Assembly: GCF_009914755.1 (NCBI RefSeq)
Contig: NC_060929.1
Source of the DNA: the human T2T-CHM13v2.0 reference genome, Homo sapiens
Length of the DNA: 64,000 bases
Strand: one strand, 5' to 3'
Below, piece after piece: positions 41,560 to 59,080 of the stretch. The notes under the pieces are model-generated. The model saw nothing but the letters and a program-made list of their open reading frames with translations, had not been told where the DNA came from and made no database searches. The position numbers and the translations under genes were made by a program. The stretch's first letter is position 1. The number at the start of each line of letters is the position of its first letter.

Positions 41560-43060
41560 AAATTGACCATATTTCCTTTAATCGTTTCACCATTTAATAG
41601 GTATAGTGTTTCAATTTGTTTTGCTGTTATAAAAATGCTGTGAAAATAGTAGCTAATAGAGCAAAATAAATAGCATTTACTGGACACTTATTTCTGCCAG
41701 ACACTGTAATAAGAACTTTATTATTTATTTTCAAGCTTACCGTCATTCTATGAAGTAGGAGCTTTAATTTGCCTTTCTTTAGAGATGGGAAATCTGTGAC
41801 TGAAAGGTAAAGAAGGCTCCCCATGGTCAAACCTATTTAAATCTCATGGGCTGGGATTTTAATTCAAGTTCACCTGCAGACCCTCTACTCCTTACTTACT
41901 CAGCACATTGCTTCCTGGTGAACAGTCTTGTAGCTAAGTATTTTTTTTAAAGGCATTTCTGTTGTACAAACTCTTTTAGTCCAATGGGGATGAAACACAA
42001 CTTGAGGTGGGGAGATCTTGCTTTCTGACTCTCCTCTACATTGACTAATCCTACGTTCAACTCATGAGCCTTCGTTTCTTCATCTGTAGAATGGGGCTAA
42101 CATCACCTGCCCTGCCCATCTTAATTGTGCCTCAAAAAACAGAATCTATGTGTTAAAGTGTTGAAACATGTAACATTCCACCCAAACAGAAGGCAGCAGT
42201 GGTAAAGGTGGGATTGGAGATGGTTTCCTGGGTAGAGCTTTTAGCAAAGGGCGTGAGTTTATCACTGAAAGCTTCAAGGTACAGCTGTTCAAAGGGGTAA
42301 ATTGATTAAAAGAAATGATAGCATTTTCTGGCTTCGTGTAAATATACTGTCCATTGGATTTGAGGGGGTGCCAACATAAATAAACTCTCTACTCACTTGA
42401 AATAAATTACCCATCCAGGAGTTTCTAAAAATATGGCCCTTTTCCCTCCAGGTATTGATTCTTTCAGGGACAAACACTTGCTGAGCTCCAAGATGATGAC
42501 AAATCATGCTGTAATTTGTCAGCTGCTTTCATGCCCCTGATTAAGTCATGTGCTTCACTCCTGATCCACACCACTCAGCTCAGTGGTGGGTCTCTAAATC
42601 CAAACTCATTTCAGATATGACTGGCAGTGGGGTCTGAGCACTAATGATCCTTCTGTAATGCCTCGGAGTCCCTGCTGCCTGTTTAATCACACCTGCCGGG
42701 CCCCAGCAATGGTGAAGTTTGACTCTTGTTCCTCTGTTGGGGCTTCCTAGCCACCTCCCTCCTGAAATGTCCCTTCCTCCTGCTGTGTCTCCTTTCCTGC
42801 TGAGCACAGGACTTTTGTCCCCATCTTCCTCTTTTCATGAAAAGGTGACCTTGCTCTTTCTAGCTACTTGTCCCCTGGGCTCTCTTCTTCAGTTGGAGGA
42901 AGAGGGGCTGTGGAGAGGGGCATATGGGTCCTGCTGGCTGCAAAGACAACCACTGAGGCCCTGCTTGCTTTTAAGAATTTGCTGTATTTCCCTCCAGGGC
43001 AGCTGCTGGGCCAGCTCAAGACACAGAGAACTGCTGAGCCTTACAAACCTGTCAGGGTTC

Positions 43061-43091
<31 letters not shown>

Positions 43092-45122
43092 TTCGAGACA
43101 GGGTCTCACTCTGTCACCCAGGCTGCAGTGCAGTGGTGCGATCACAGCTCACTGTAGCCTCGACTTCCCGGGTTCAAACAATCTTCCCACCTCAGCCTCC
43201 TGAGTAGCTGGGACTACAGGCGTGCACCACCAGACCTGACGAATTTTATATTTTATAAAATAAAATTATATATGTATATATTATATATACATATATAAAT
43301 ACATATGTATAAATAATATATACATATATAATTTATATATAATATATACATATATTTATATACTATACATGTACATATTATATACATAAATATAAATATA
43401 TATAAAAATATATAATATATTATATAATATATTATATATTAATTATATATAATATATATTATAAAAAGATTATAAATTATATATAATATATATAATATAT
43501 ATATAATTATATAATATATTATATATACATGTATATATAATATATACATACATATTTATATTTATATATTATATATATTTATATTATATATTTATATATT
43601 TATATTTATGTATATAATTATGTATATATTTATGTATATATAATGTATATATTATATATACACGTGTATATATAACATATACATGTATATATTATGTATA
43701 CATAAATATATATTATAAATACATAATATATATTATATATACAATATATTATATATACAATATATTATATACTATATATCATATATACATACAAATATGT
43801 AGTATATATACATACGTAGTATATATACATACGTACATACATACATAGGTAGTATATATACATACGTACATACATACATAGGTAGTATATATACATACGT
43901 ACATACATACATAGGTAGTATATATACATACGTACATACATACATAGGTAGTATATATACATACGTACATATATACATAGGTAGTATATATACATATATT
44001 ACATATACATACATACATATATACATATATATTACATATACATATATACATATATACATATACATATATACATATATACATATATATTATATATACATAT
44101 ATACATATATATTATATATACATATATACATATATACATATACAATATATACATATATACATATATATTATATATACATATATTACATATACATAAATAT
44201 ATATAATATATACATATATACATATATATTATATAGACGTATATACATATATATTATATAGACGTATATACATATATATTATATATACATATATAAATAT
44301 ATATTAATATACGTATATACATATATAAATATATGTTGTATATACGTATATACATATATAAATATATGTTGTATATACGTATATACATATATAAATATAT
44401 GTTGTATATACGTATATACATATATAAATATATGTTGTATATACGTATATACATATATAAATATATGTTGTATATACGTATATACTATATATGTTGTATA
44501 TACGTATATACAACATAAATATATGTTGTATATACGTATATACAACATAAATATATGTTGTATATACGTATATACAACATAAATATATGTTGTATATACG
44601 TATATACATATATAAATATATGTTGTATATACGTATATACATATATAAATATATGTTGTATATACGTATATACAACATAAATATATGTTGTATATACGTA
44701 TATACAACATAAATATATGTTGTATATACGTATATACAACATAAATATATGTTGTATATACGTATATACATATATAAATATATGTTGTATATACGTATAT
44801 ACATATATAAATATATGTTGTATATACGTATATACATATATAAATATATGTTGTATATACGTATATACATATATAAATATATGTTGTATATACGTATATA
44901 CATATATAAATATATGTTGTATATACGTATATACATATATAAATATGTTGTATATACGTATATACATATATAAATACGTGTGTGTGTGTGTATGTATATG
45001 TTATAGAGATGGGGGTCTTACTCTGTTGCCTAGGATGGTCTCAAACTCCTGAGCTTAAGCGAGCCTCCTGCCTCAACCTCCCACAGTGCTGGGATTACAG
45101 GTGTAAGCCATCGTGCCTGGCC
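43061..45122 (-). mobile_element. AluJ-like element split by an AT-rich VNTR: right arm 43061-43245, left arm 45004-45122
   Basis: Both arms in the same orientation; TSD cagggttcttattt at 43053-43066 and 45122-45135. Confidence 0.92.
43246..45003. repeat. Composite AT-rich VNTR: degenerate (TA)n, 5 full copies of a 33-mer (43816-43980), 20 copies of a ~32/33-mer palindromic unit (~44325-44975)
   Basis: Units counted by hand: gtagtatatatacatacgtacatacatacatag and ataaatatatgttgtatatacgtatatac(atat/aac). Confidence 0.95.
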
Positions 45123-48100
45123 AGGGTTCTTATTTTAACCTTGTTCAGGAGTTTCTGATTCCCTTGTGAGATGGTGTAATGTCCTCTCACTACCCTGTAG
45201 TTTTTCTTAGATTATGGAAGCAGCTCGCCTAACTGGACACTTCTTCTTGACCCAGCCTTTTATCTAAGGCACTGCCCTTTGATGAAAGTCTTGCTTTCCA
45301 GCAAAAGGCCTAGGGAGCCATTAAGACACAGGAAAAGACCAATCCTTTCCAGAGAAGAGTGTGTGTCTCTGCAGCTCTTTAGGTCAGACCTACCTATCTG
45401 GAGCACTTACTATGTGCCAGACACCTGTCATAAAGTTCTCACAAAAACCTTAAGAGGTTTGGACAGACATGCAGATGGAGACTAAAGTGTCTCATGGTTG
45501 GTAAGTAACAGAGTCAGGATTGCCATTCACATCGTCAGATTCCAAAGTCATTGTCGTCATCGTCATCATCATCATCATCACCTTTTATTCCTCCTCTCCT
45601 GTTATTATTATTCTGCAGCACTTATTGAATGCTTGTTGTGTACTAAGAATCAACTAAGTATTTTATACATGCCATCTTCTTTGATTCTGACAATAATTCT
45701 ATCAGGTAGGTACCATTATTATCCCGATTTCAGAGATAAAGGAATTGAGGCTTAGGGAAAATCTGTGATTTTCCCAGTGCCATCCAGACAGCAAAGCCGG
45801 ACAACAGGCTTTAACCTTAGCATCGCTCACTCCCTAAGAGTCTGCTCCTTAACCACAGTGTTATTTGGATGCACAGAGGAAAGATGAGTATTTATAAGCT
45901 CTCCTCTTGGCCCTATTTCTTTTCTATGTTCATTACTCAATTCCTCTGAAGGACTTAATGAATGAATACATTCTCTAATTTATAGTAGAAAATATACAAA
46001 AATTATAATGAATAAGCAGTGCAATGTGTTACCTCTTCCAAGCACATTTGCATCTTAAAGTACCTACAAAGGGTAAGGGTTAAAGTTAAGGCATTAATTG
46101 GCCTAGAAGACATTTTTTTGATAATTTTTATTTTTAAGCATTTAAATTTTTTTTTTTTGGCCACTCCCTCTATGAAGCTCACTCTAATCCCCATAGAAGG
46201 TTCCACCCCCGCCAATCAGAATTGCTCCTTTTCATGTGCTGCCACCACTGCTGCTGTTTCCATTGAACATCTCTGCCTAGATCTGTGCATCCTCTGGTAG
46301 ACTGTCATCTTCCTCTGGGGCATCTCCTGTAATAACCTTGTTTTTGCAGGCACACCATAAAGATGTGTTGAGGTAAGGTTAGTAATGGAGAGGGTGATAT
46401 TAGAAGTGTGTATTTTGAAAGGTGATGGGTGAGGAGATGCAAAGCAGACCTCACTGTAAAGGCTGACTCATGCCGTAGAAAAAGCCCCAGGTACAGTCTT
46501 AACTTTGATTGATGGGAGTAAGACCCCTTCTTTTATGGGACTTCTTTGGCTCAACAAATAAAAAATGTAGTCACAGTCCTAGATCCCACATTGGGCCAGT
46601 CTAGTCTTCCGTTCATTCATGCGTGCATTCAAGCTTTTATTTACTATCTATGATAGAGGAGTCATGTGGGACAGTAAGTGAGAATCAAGGGAAGAAAGGG
46701 GTGATTAACACAAATCAGTGATTGCAGCCATAAGACAACTCAAAGTTCCCAGTCCGGCTCAGATGTGTCAATAGCGGTATCTTTGAGAGCGAAGGAAAGT
46801 GGGCCTGGTGCCAGGGCGTAATCACTCCCCGGGGTTGAGGTCCTCCTCACTCACCTGTGTCCCAGGTACAGCAAGCCTGCCATCTCAGGCTGGAATATAT
46901 TCCATTAGCTAGAATAGGCCATTTCCCTTGCGCTTGCCTCAAGTTTTACTTTTCTAGGCTTATTTCCTTTAAGTCTTTACAATTAATGATCGAATTGATC
47001 AATACACATGATTAAATAAATATATGAATGATCTTTTGAAATTGTTTGTAATGGATAGCTGTTTTCTGGCTACCCATCTTCTGTTTCATCCTTTTTCTGT
47101 AAACTTCTGGCTTTCTTGTGGGAAACTGCCTTTCCTTTCTGGTTTATAATTGTGATGGGAATTTAAGTCGTGATGCCCTGCCCATTAAACACTCCCACTG
47201 TGGGGCTTTGACTTGAGTGGAATGACTCAAGGGAGGAAAAGAAAGAAGGAGACTGTTAAGTAATTCCTGCTACCAAGCTGTTTCTGTAAGCTAGTGGTTC
47301 CTGATTGGTAGATTAAGCTACTGCATCTTGTCTACAAATCCCCTATATGCTCCCAAATGCTGTCTGTAGACAGAGTAAAAATAAGTCTCACACATGCATG
47401 TACCACTATCTTTCAGATTTCCAAAGGAATTATTGAGATTAATAAATTAAAATTTCATTTACCACTTCACTAGATTCACTGTAGCTTTTGGTTTTAATAT
47501 ATATTCTTAAATAATGGACATTGAAAGGACAACCTCTTTTTTTTATAGTCACAAAGGGTCTTTTTTTTTTAAATGGAACCCATAGGCATAAAGTTCTTAC
47601 AGGGTTAGAAGAACATCTTAGACCACTTTGAAATCCCTCCGTGTCCATTAGGAAATATCATTCACGAAAGGTTCTGTCGATTGAAGAAAGGGAAACCAAC
47701 AAAACTCTTTCCTCAAACATAGAAATCATTTATGTATTTAGTTTTTACCAAGAGTCAAGAATGTTTACCAAAAAGACGAGTTGGATTAGTGACTGCCATG
47801 CTTCTGTGAAACTCTTGGTGTCTGTTTCTACATGATTCCCAGGCTAAAGGAATACCAAGGAGAGCCACCACAACCTGGGGATAAGGATAGCAAAATGGCG
47901 GCACTGACCGTCCTGTGTGGACTGCTCAGCTGACTGTGCCAAGGAATAGGGGTTACAGGGTAGGCAAACCATGCCAACCAAGGAAGCTACACAGGAGGTA
48001 TGTTGCAACCTTGGAAGAACACTAAAGTTTTTTTTTTCATTTTAAGTTATCAGTTGTCTAAATGGTGAAAGCAAATGTTCTTCACGCCCCAGCTGCTGAG

Positions 48101-50041
48101 CTAGGTGATTGAGGTTTTCTTCCTGGTATACAAATTAAGCAACCCTCTGATTTCTGAGAATCCTATCTGAAAACTAATGACAGTTACCAGCATTTGATAA
48201 CCTTTCTGCTTCCTGGTAGGTGAAGGTTCTTTTCAAGATAACCCACAACAGAGTGACTGGCAGTTACTTTCCTCTGGCTCTGGATGAGGAAATCATTTGC
48301 ATATTCAATCACTCTAGAGGTCCCTGCCTGCCCTAGTGATTCTCCCACAAAAGCAGGCAGATTGGGCTGGAGGGCTCTGAGGGAGACTATCTTAAGGATT
48401 TTTTACAGTTTGAGTTCCCTTTTGTCAAGTGGACAAATATTCTGTTTCCCAGTTGGGCTGACTAAAAGTAATCTTGAGATCTTGCTATGGCATTTCCCGA
48501 ACATACAGGGCATGGGCTTGGCATGCCAAGCAAATACTGGAAATAGGATGATTTCTTCTGTCATTTCTAAAAGGAACTAATTGTTGGCAAAATTGTTAAC
48601 AATTGTCTGTGTAATTCCCTGTAAGGGCATGCAGTCGCACCCTGTATCTCTCTTGTTTACTTCTGGGTCCCCAGAGCATGCTACAGCATCCGGCAGATAG
48701 AAGGCTTTTAATAAATACTTGATGAATGAATGTGTGAGTGGTCTGATGCCTGAAATATGGGCAGGTGCCATCAGATGGCCAGTGGCACCTTAAGGGAGTA
48801 TTACACAGACAAACTTTTCTGTACAAATTCTTTCTTGCTGTGGATAACTGAAACACAAGAAGATGATATGAGATCCAACACTTTGTACCTCATGTTTTGG
48901 CAAAAAAATTCACAAAGAAGAAAGCATGAGTTTCAGTTCAAGAAACTATATTAAGTTGTTCATGAGAGATATGATCACAATGTGTCACCTCTGCTGATAA
49001 ACCACAAAACAAAGATCCTAGTACAGTGTCTGGCAACAGGAGGACCTCATCAGATGGTGGTTGAGTAAATGAATTTATTGAACGGACTATAATAGTTGAG
49101 AGTGGCAAGAGCAAAGTCCATGGGAGCACAGAGGAAGGAGTGATTACCTGTGGGACACCGGTCAGAGTGTTGCCTAGGCAGAGAGAGGTCAGAAGGGAAG
49201 GGCTTTTTGGGAAGAGGAATAACACTAGGGACTATAGGAGAGAGACAGAGGGTATTAAGCCCCCTTCCTTAAGGATGAACGACCATGGTCACACATAAGT
49301 TAGGTTTATATATTTCTGATGAGTCATAGATATAATGGATATTTATTGCTGTGCTGTTCAGAACTCTCACACCCCACAGACCAATTTCAAACATGAGGTT
49401 CAAGTGGAGGATGCCAATCACAGAGTCCTTTGTTTCTGGCCAGAGTTAATTTGTCTAGGAATGGGTACATTGTACCAGCCAGGCCAGGCAGTACGTTTCC
49501 CCAGGATGCTTTTCAATCTAGACATCAGGGAAGGTTGCTAGACCCTCTCTGGGGGTTAAGCTATAAAGCACAAATACTACTGGTACCACGTTTCATTCCA
49601 CATGAAGGAAGTTGGTTTGAAAGATTCATACCAAACATATCACAAGAAACATAGACAAGAGATGGACATCATACTGATGGATTCTGAAGCCCTCATTCCA
49701 CATGAACCTGAGGTCCAACCCACCCCATATTTTTCTAATAAATTTAATTTTTTGTCCACACTATTTTGAATTACAGTTCTGTCACATGTAACCAAGAGTC
49801 TTAACTAATCCGTATACCATATTAGATTGGTATGGTTTTCATTTGAGATATCAAATATTTCCCACATTGACCTTAAATACCTACAATTGGTTAAGACAGT
49901 GAAGGCCAATACTAAAATGTAAATACGTTGTCTTGGGTACTGGAGGTGGTGGGAAGGAGAAAACTTTAAGATATAATTCATTAATACCTTAGGCTATCAT
50001 CCATAACTTTAAGATATTATCCATTAATATTTCACCTTTCA

Positions 50042-50426
<385 letters not shown>

Positions 50427-51762
50427 TCAATAGAAATGTGAAAATAATGCTAGACATTGGGAAGAGGGGACATTGTGTGGGTGTGTGAGGAGAGTGTGTA
50501 CCCACATGCAAGTAGAAGACTGGAGGAGATCACCACAAGGAGGCCAGAAGTCTATAGAAAATAAAAGTAACAGTTTTTCATAGGGTTGCCCCATCACCAT
50601 CAAGTTATCATTATTATAAATAATTAAACCTAACATTTATAGAGCTTTAGAATTTTCATACATATGAAAATTATATTCATTTGAGAAATAAAACTACATC
50701 TAAAGAAAGTTAAGAATATTTCCCGCAATGGGATAAATAATCAGGTACGTCAGAACTGAGTTCTAATTTGGTCTCAACACTATATTACCTGGATAATCTT
50801 TGACAAATTTGATCTCTCTGAAGTTATTTTCTCATCTCTAATATGTTGCTAGTTCCTAAAATTTCAACCTCATAGAATTTCTGTGAGTGTTAAATATCAA
50901 AAGGGGGTGGTGTAATGCAGTGGATAAGGAATTTGCCTGATGTGGGAAAAAGATTACGTATTTAATGTGGATGAGGTGGACTAAAAAACCTCTATTCTTG
51001 AATTTGAAGGGTCAGCATGAATCTAGATGTATTTAATCTTAAAAGTGTCCTAGTTCTGTTCATTTAAATGGCATAGAAATAATAATCAACCCAATAGTAA
51101 TAAACTCCTCTAGCATGTACTTATTGTGGTTTCTATTAAAAGGAACCAGATCTACCAAAGACCACTAACGTTATGTGAAAAGGACTCAGGAGCCACTTCT
51201 CATTTTTAAGAAGCTCCCACTGGCTAGAGATGGGGCAATAATGAAAGACAATAAATGCATTGATTTGACATATGTCAGATATTTTTAAAACCATGAGTTC
51301 ATATTGATGCTAAAAAAGAAAAACCCACTGAACACCTTTGGAGGATCCTAGGCAACCAACTCATTATTTTGAAAATGTAAATGAGAGGAAAGACTCAAAA
51401 ACATCCGTTTTCTCTACAGAGGACACTTAGGAGTGACCCAATACTTCACGAAGGGAAATTTTTCCTTATAAACCAATTAGAATATCACTAGTTTTTCAAA
51501 TTCCATTGAAGTCATAGATCTAAACAACCATCATCAATGACTATTAACAGTGAAAAAAGATAGATGTTTGTGCCTTGAGATGGTAGCACACTGCAGTTCC
51601 TATGACATAACATTGACATGCACATGCACAAATGCCAAATCTAACCCCAGTCCGACTTAGGCACTAGATCCTACTACCATGTTGTAAAAGTATAGCGGTC
51701 AGAAAAACATGTTAAATGGTTCCACAGGAAGACAACTCACAGACTATAAGAAATCGTACAGG

Positions 51763-52084
<322 letters not shown>

Positions 52085-52470
52085 GAGAAATCATACAGGA
52101 CAAACAACCTGGTTTATTAAGCAACAAAAACTATGCATTAAAAAGAGAGCTAAATGGGGCACTTACAGAATAAAAGAGATTAAAGAAATTATCTCAATAC
52201 TTGTTCTTATTTGGATGCTGATTCAAACAAATGGAAAATATTGAAAACTGATTTGAAAGCTGATATCAAAGAATTGTTGCTAATTTTTAGGTATGATAAT
52301 ATAATCATATATTTTAAAAATCCTATCCTTCAGAGATAGTAAAATATTTACAGTGAAATGAAATATTGAAGATCTGCTTCAAAATAATTTGCAGAGAGTA
52401 GAGGGTGGGGAGACAGATAAAATAAGACTGGTTATAAACTGATTGTTGAAATTAAGTGATGGGTCCATAG

Positions 52471-54635
<2,165 letters not shown>

Positions 54636-55392
54636 TTTCCATTACAAAAAGCAAACAAACCAACCAAAGAACTATGCCCGAGTTTGAATCTGAGCTCAGT
54701 TAACCTAGAGAACAGGGTTTCTTAACTGTTCTTGCCTCATTTGTTAAATAGATAATAAAAGCACCTATTTTACAGGGTTTTTTTGAGTAGTAGAAAGAAA
54801 TAATAGATATAGAACACTTAGAAAAACTGCCTATGGCACATAGGTGTTTAATCCAGTTATCTGTTGTAATCTCTTCTTGATATTTTATACTATTATGAAG
54901 TCATATTTTAAAAGAATCCTAGAAAATGTGATCTGTGCTCAACATTTAAGCACTGATCAACAGGTAGAAAGCACTAAGTTTCATTCTTAAATGAAATTTG
55001 GAGAAGCCTGTCAGGGACAGGTCCCAGTGCAAATCTAGCAGGAAAGAGGAACTTTCTCTGGTTCTCAAGAGCAGGCAAGGTTAGAAGATAGGTTGCTACC
55101 TTTTGCTTTAACTGAGGTTTGACATCACTGAACTGGGAAGGTAATAAATTTCTCCCTATTGGATCTCAACTCTTTGTTGGCAAAATGCTCCTCTAAGTAC
55201 CTTAAAATCAGTACATACTTTCACTGCAGAGGATCCAAGCTATAGCAGCTATTCGTAATTGAGCAAATGGCTTAAAAGCACTAACCATTGGTGGCATGCA
55301 AGCTAGTCAAAAGGGAGACTCAATGGAGAATTTTTAACCTGAGCAACAAACAGATACATATGATTATTACGTTGATTATTGATGCTCTAGGC

Positions 55393-55556
55393 CAGTGTCT
55401 TTCAAACTTTCATGTACACATGAATCACCTGAGGATCCTGTTAAAATGCAGATTCTGGTTCAGTCTGGGATGGGGCCTGAGATTCTGCATTTCTGACAAG
55501 CTCTCAGTGATGCTTACTGAAGTGGCTAGTCCGCAGATCATACTTGGCATAGCAAG
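55393..55556. mobile_element. MER5A MITE
   Basis: gaatcacctg...taaaatgcagattct...ggggcctgagattctgcatttct. Confidence 0.75.
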
Positions 55557-57773
55557 TTCCCACTTGGCCCTGGGGAATGATCTGACCCATGCTTCAGTGG
55601 GACTTAGGCTTCAGTGATTTGGAAAATAGATAGCCAGGGACATGTTTGATCTGAAACACTAACTGGAAGCATTCATTTCTGATTCTTTGGCTTAGATAAC
55701 TGTTACATTTATCAAAATGAATGCTATATACTCCTTTCCAGGTGTTAAATTCCTAGGTTAAAACTCTTTTACAGAAGAGGTTTCAGGTATCAGAATGTCA
55801 CCAAAGAGAAAACTGTACGTTTGAATTCTCTAATAAAGTCCTCTTGCCAGCTGGACAGGTTTTTAGCAAATCCTAATTCCTTCCCTTTCCCCTCTTTTTT
55901 TAACAATGGGAAGTGAGAGTGAATCTCTCAAAAATAGGTCAATAATTTTATAAATTCAAAGATGGCCCATTGGGATAGAAGTTCCAATGAAAAAAAAAGT
56001 AGATTTAGTCCAAGAAGAATTCTGAGGAAAGGATTTGAAACTAACTCTTTGGCAGCCTTGAGGATAATCTGCAATGTCATGGGAGAAAGACCCTTTTAAG
56101 AAGTTCTTTAATGTTTATAATTTCATTTGAACCTAAACAGGAAAAGGAAGAATGAACTGCTTAAGCCATGAGGATTGTCAACTTCTTTGTTACCCTTCAC
56201 CTGTTGTGACCATGTCTGTACCACAATTCAGGCTAATATTTTCTGAAAAGGTCCATAGGAATGTTAATAATATTTGTGCTGAAAAATAATTCTTAGGTTA
56301 AATAAATTTGGAGAGCTCAGGGCTAAAGAAAGTTTAACAGGCCTATTGACTCCAGGCTTTCTCAGAGACGTTAATATGTTAATGAACATTGGAACCTGCA
56401 AGAGGGGTTCACAGGACAAAAGCTTCTTAATTTGACTTGTAAACTGTAATCTGACTTGACCACGGACCATGAGTTTTTCAAGAACTGTCTCTTGGGACAA
56501 GTGCTTAGCAGACTGTGAGAAATGCAGATCTATGTGAGCTGGGACAAAGTATGTCTTACTGACTTTGAATTACCCGAATATAGTAATTCTCATCATCCAG
56601 AAGATGGTAAAAATGAGTGTGGGTATATATGTGGGGTTAGATGTTCCTAGTAATCTCTGTGGTTAGTAAAAACCCTTTTGGCAAGGTGAAGGTCTCAAAG
56701 ACAGTAGGGACTTAGAGGGAGAATAAACTATCAAGAGCCATTAATACTTATTATGTAAGATATTAAATTTCCAAACAAACCATATTTGTAGGTGTTCAAA
56801 ATCTCTGAGATGATTAGTGAGATTTGCTCTTTCAGTGCCTCAGAGGTTTCATGTGTAAAATAGGGATAGTAATGCCCACCTCCCATGGTGGTCTTAGGCT
56901 TAAAATAGACAATGCATGTAAAAGAACTAGTATATAGTAAAAAGTACCTAGATGGTAGTTTTCTCCCCATTATTAGGATAAGTGTTTCTGGAAGCACTGG
57001 AGATGGCGCCTCTCCTTGGTTGTACAGGTTTTCAAGGAGGTGGTGGTAGGTTTATATCGAGATTGTCTGGGAGAAAATTTTTAAAAATATGCACACTCAA
57101 GTCCCTACTCAGTCCTAGTGAGTCATAATTTACTGGTGGTGATACAGAAGGATGCATATATATTGTTAAAAACTTCCCGTGTGATGATTATGATACACCT
57201 TCAACACCTGTAATATACTTGCAGCAAATCCCTTAGTGGTAGCCCACCCCTCCTACAGTAGTTCTGAGATGTGTTTCTTGGGATAAAAGTTTCTTGTGCT
57301 TAAATATTTAGAAATACTACATAATAGCACCTGTCCTTCTCCTTGGGGCTTATTAAAGTATCAGAGAAATTCTGCAGAACACATATTTGAAAGCTTGTAA
57401 TCTATTGTCTTCTCATATTACTTGGCCTTGCAACATTTATTTTTCTTGCAACTCTCATCAACATGTTTGTTCAATACGTTAGGGAAATCCTATGGTACCG
57501 AGTTAGCCAGAAGCGAGTTCTATCCATACTCAGAAATCTTTCTGCCCTAAAAGTATAAGGGAGAAGCAAGGTCGCAAAGAGCAGCCAAGATGTCTCCCCC
57601 CAGGGAGCAGGCTGAGCCCACTTTCATTATCCCTGCCACCCTCTATCTCTATGTGGAAAGAATCCTGGCAACAATAAATGTGTGCTTTCAAGTAAGCATC
57701 TCTGTGTGAACGCAAGGTAACAGTTAAAGGGCCAGGGAGATGAAGTACTGAGCCTTAAAAACTGAGGCTCTGG

Positions 57774-58293
<520 letters not shown>

Positions 58294-58784
58294 CTATTAT
58301 TATTACTAAAATGAAAAAAACACTCTTGAGCAAAGTGAGGGGGAGAATCAAGAACTGAGACAGAGTAGAGAACCCTGGAAAGCTTCAAGCTCAAATAATC
58401 TTCCTTTCACATAGGAATTTACCTCTCTCTCTTTTTTGTTTTTCTTTTTGTAAATCATCTCAGCGAGTGCTCTGTGAGAACTGAGGGTTAGGGTTGGAGA
58501 GACTCATTAAATAGGCTGGTCTATAGCACCGGAGTGTGAATGACCCTTTTACCTGACTCTTCATTCCAGCTAAATCCCAAACTATCTGACTAATTAATAT
58601 GCAAAACATAGTTTGGGAACTGCTGCCAAAGACAAAAAGAAGTCACTGGTTGAACTGAAACAACACTGAAATGACTGCCAGAGAGAGTAAGAAACATTCA
58701 GAATGTTGGGGTAGGGAGGCTAAAGGGGAGATTTATAAGTTTTACTGCTCCTAGAACTTTAAAAAAAACAAAAACGGTAGAATA

Positions 58785-59080
58785 GGCCAGGCACCGGGGC
58801 TCACACCTGTAATCCCCACACTTTGGGAGGCCAAGGCAGGTGGATCACTTCAGGTCAGGAGTTCGAGACCAGCCTGGCCAACATGGCAAAAACCCTGTCT
58901 CTACTAAAAATACAAAAAATTAGCTGGGTGTGGTAGTGCACGCCTGTAATTCCAGCTACTTGGGAGGCTGAGGTAGGAGAATCCCTTGAACCCAGTAGGC
59001 ATAGATTGCACTAAGCAGATTGTGTCACCGTACTCTAGCTTGGGTAACGGAGCGAGACTGTCCAAAAAAAAAAAAAAAAA
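58785..59080 (+). mobile_element. AluS
   Basis: Full Alu; TSD ggtagaatag on both sides. Confidence 0.95.

Noticed and set aside
44325-44975. CRISPR-like array (palindromic ~33-bp units, 20 copies)
   Set aside because: The units are head-to-tail with no unique spacers, there are no cas genes, and the array sits in a primate Alu. It is a minisatellite.
43765-45052. Many Tyr/Ile-rich ORFs ([11 protein letters not shown] repeats)
   Set aside because: Translation artefacts of the AT-rich VNTR.
46855-46908. Perfect minus-strand donor CAG|gtgagt at 46855 as a cassette exon
   Set aside because: The nearest acceptor is weak and the segment has an in-frame TGA. Isolated consensus donors are expected by chance in a 21-kb intron.
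47891-47902. YY1 consensus caaaatggcggc
   Set aside because: A single motif with no CpG island or other promoter features; not enough to call a regulatory element.
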